From: Paragordius varius
Taxonomy: Eukaryota > Animalia > Nematomorpha
Direction of reading: 5' to 3'
NCBI GenBank assembly: GCA_964247055.1
Contig: OZ176056.1
Coordinates: forward strand, 9,362,001 to 9,426,000
DNA: 64,000 bases
Shown: positions 61,942 to 64,000 of the stretch, in pieces
How the letters are laid out: every line of letters begins with the position of its first letter
Position numbering within the stretch: the first letter of the stretch is position 1
Translations under genes and position numbers: made by a program
The notes under the pieces: generated by a model
Database searches by the model: none
Told to the model about the DNA's origin: nothing
The model's input: the letters and a program-made list of their open reading frames with translations, nothing else

Positions 61942-64000
61942 ATCTTGAACAACCGCAACCCGAGTTACACAAGATTACATGAATGCGCGAAATACATCAA
62001 ATATGATACCTAGATGTTTTAACATTTGGATACAACACAATCATTTTAGTTCTTCAAATTGGGGTAGTTGGATACCCCAAGCCTGTTTTAAATTAAATAT
62101 TTTAATAATTATGGAAGGTATAGAAACCATGGCAAAATTTTGCACTTATATGACATTAACACTTGGATAAAACACATTCGTTTTAGTCCTTCGATACAAA
62201 TTGGGGTAGTTGGATTCCCCAGGCCTGTTAAAAATGAGATAATTTAAAAATTATGGAAGGAGTCGAAACCATGGCAAAATTTTGCAGTAATATAACATTG
62301 ATAAACCGAAATATAAAAAAAAATTATTTAAAAATACTTGATATGACTTATTTTAAGCTAAAACCGAAAGGTGAAAATTTAGTCAATGTGACATGTGTGG
62401 ATTGGCTAAATTTAAAAATAATACAAAATAAACCGCTTTTTCTGTTTATATCAATGTTAGATGTGATATAAATAAAAAAATAGCTTTTATTACACTGTGA
62501 CACAACTTTTCTGGACTCGATTTTCTAAATATTTTCTGATTCCTTATAGTATTGTGATCAGATTTGCGTAAAAAAATTTTTTACTTACCCAGCTCGTTTT
62601 CGAGTTATGGGACTTTTTTTCATATTTGGACATTTCCAAAATTTTCTTGTTTGTAAATATTTTTCAAATAATATGTGGCTTACATAAGTATTTTACAAGA
62701 AATTACCAATTTATCTTCAAAATAAAAAAAAAATTTACTTAAAATATCCAATAGGGGCAAAAACTCTCAAAAATTGGGTAATTAACATTTTTTTACACAA
62801 ATATTTTTTATCAATTTATTAAATCAAAACAAATATTATATGTTCTTGGATGTTAATAATGTTTATTTAAGTAAATATCACTTTGTAATAGCTTTGTGGA
62901 CTTTTATTTTTAAAAATAAATTTAATTTTTACAGCTTTTTTGTTATTTTTTTTATGTAAAAAATAATTTAATTTACTCAGCTGTAAATACTAATTTCATT
63001 TTCTGAAATTTTTAAATTTTTACCATATATGAGATATGTTGATTCGTTAGTATGTTAAAATCTTATTATTTGTGATTGAATTCTGAATCGGAAAAATCGT
63101 CTACCTTTTGGATAAGAGAAGAACACACCTTGACACCATCAAATACATTTTATATATATATACTTTAGGGATATGGATGATTCCCTCTTTGTCAAGAGTG
63201 CAATCTAAAGAAGCTTATTACCCTGATGAAGTTTTATGATAGTCGGAAATGAATTCTTTTTTGATAAGAGTTAAGTCACCCATAAAATTTCAGTTGTTTA
63301 GGAGAACAGTACGTATGCCACAGTAAAATCAAAGATAAGTACCCTCATATACTAAATTATATTTCTAATAATATTTTAACCATATATTCTTATAAATTTT
63401 ATTTGGGTTATCGTCTCTTCGGTTAAATTATTGTTTTTTTGTCGTTAACGTTTTATTTAATTTAAACTATTGTCGCTTATCAACAACTCTAATCAAACCT
63501 TTGTTTTTTGCTGATATGTGTTTATTTTTGAGCAATTTAAGTTAATGATATTTTACTCCAGCCTGTTGGGATCTATATTTAACTGATTGGTTTATTCTTC
63601 CTAGGCAATGTATGACATCGCCCAAGTATTTAAAATTATTTACCAATTCGATTTTGGCGTCTGCCATATAAAAGTATTTTATTGATTTCTTTCATACATT
63701 CTTATAAAAACAATATATCGATTTGCAAGTAGTTATATTACCATGACAAAGTACCCAATCGCAACAATTTGTATATCACATCAGCTAATAGATTAGCTTT
63801 CAATATGGACGACTGTGCAGAGAAAATTGGATATGCCATATCTTATTAAAAACGTTGAAATAAAATATAATACCATTTATAAATGATTTCTTCATAATAT
63901 ATTGAACTATATGCAAATCCTAATTATAATCAGTTATTAGAGTGAATATTTAGAATATATTTTGGTGTACAGATGTTAAGACACGGATAATCTAATCTAG

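Noticed and set aside
63050-63360. Possible upstream JAK coding exons joined by a 17-nt intron
   Set aside because: The joins I tested give immediate stops or the wrong phase for the acceptor before ATG 61941.

Overview
Very AT-rich eukaryotic (animal, probably invertebrate) genomic DNA with spliceosomal introns, so the ORF track breaks up or misses the real genes. I rebuilt three minus-strand genes by hand. (1) A GT31 beta-1,3-galactosyltransferase-like exon (1270-2513) with a probable 1-nt frameshift. (2) A six-exon NUF2-like kinetochore gene (9569-13879) with 22-nt and 26-nt introns. (3) A 24-exon, ~2,218-aa Janus kinase (36472-61941; FERM-SH2-JH2-JH1) whose normally active JH1 domain has lost the Gly-loop, the catalytic-loop Asn and the DFG Asp, so both kinase domains look dead. 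The rest is mostly transposon-derived: three APE/RT LINE copies, a 1.25-kb non-autonomous Helitron, two oppositely oriented ~6-kb satellite arrays made from a ~475-bp internal Helitron segment, and several TA-flanked MITE/foldback families that fill most larger introns. One JAK intron appears to be a MITE copy that supplies its own GT donor, and three introns carry direct repeats at their two junctions. No tRNA, rRNA or CRISPR array was recognised. Exon models are manual (GT-AG, phase-consistent) and need RNA-seq confirmation.
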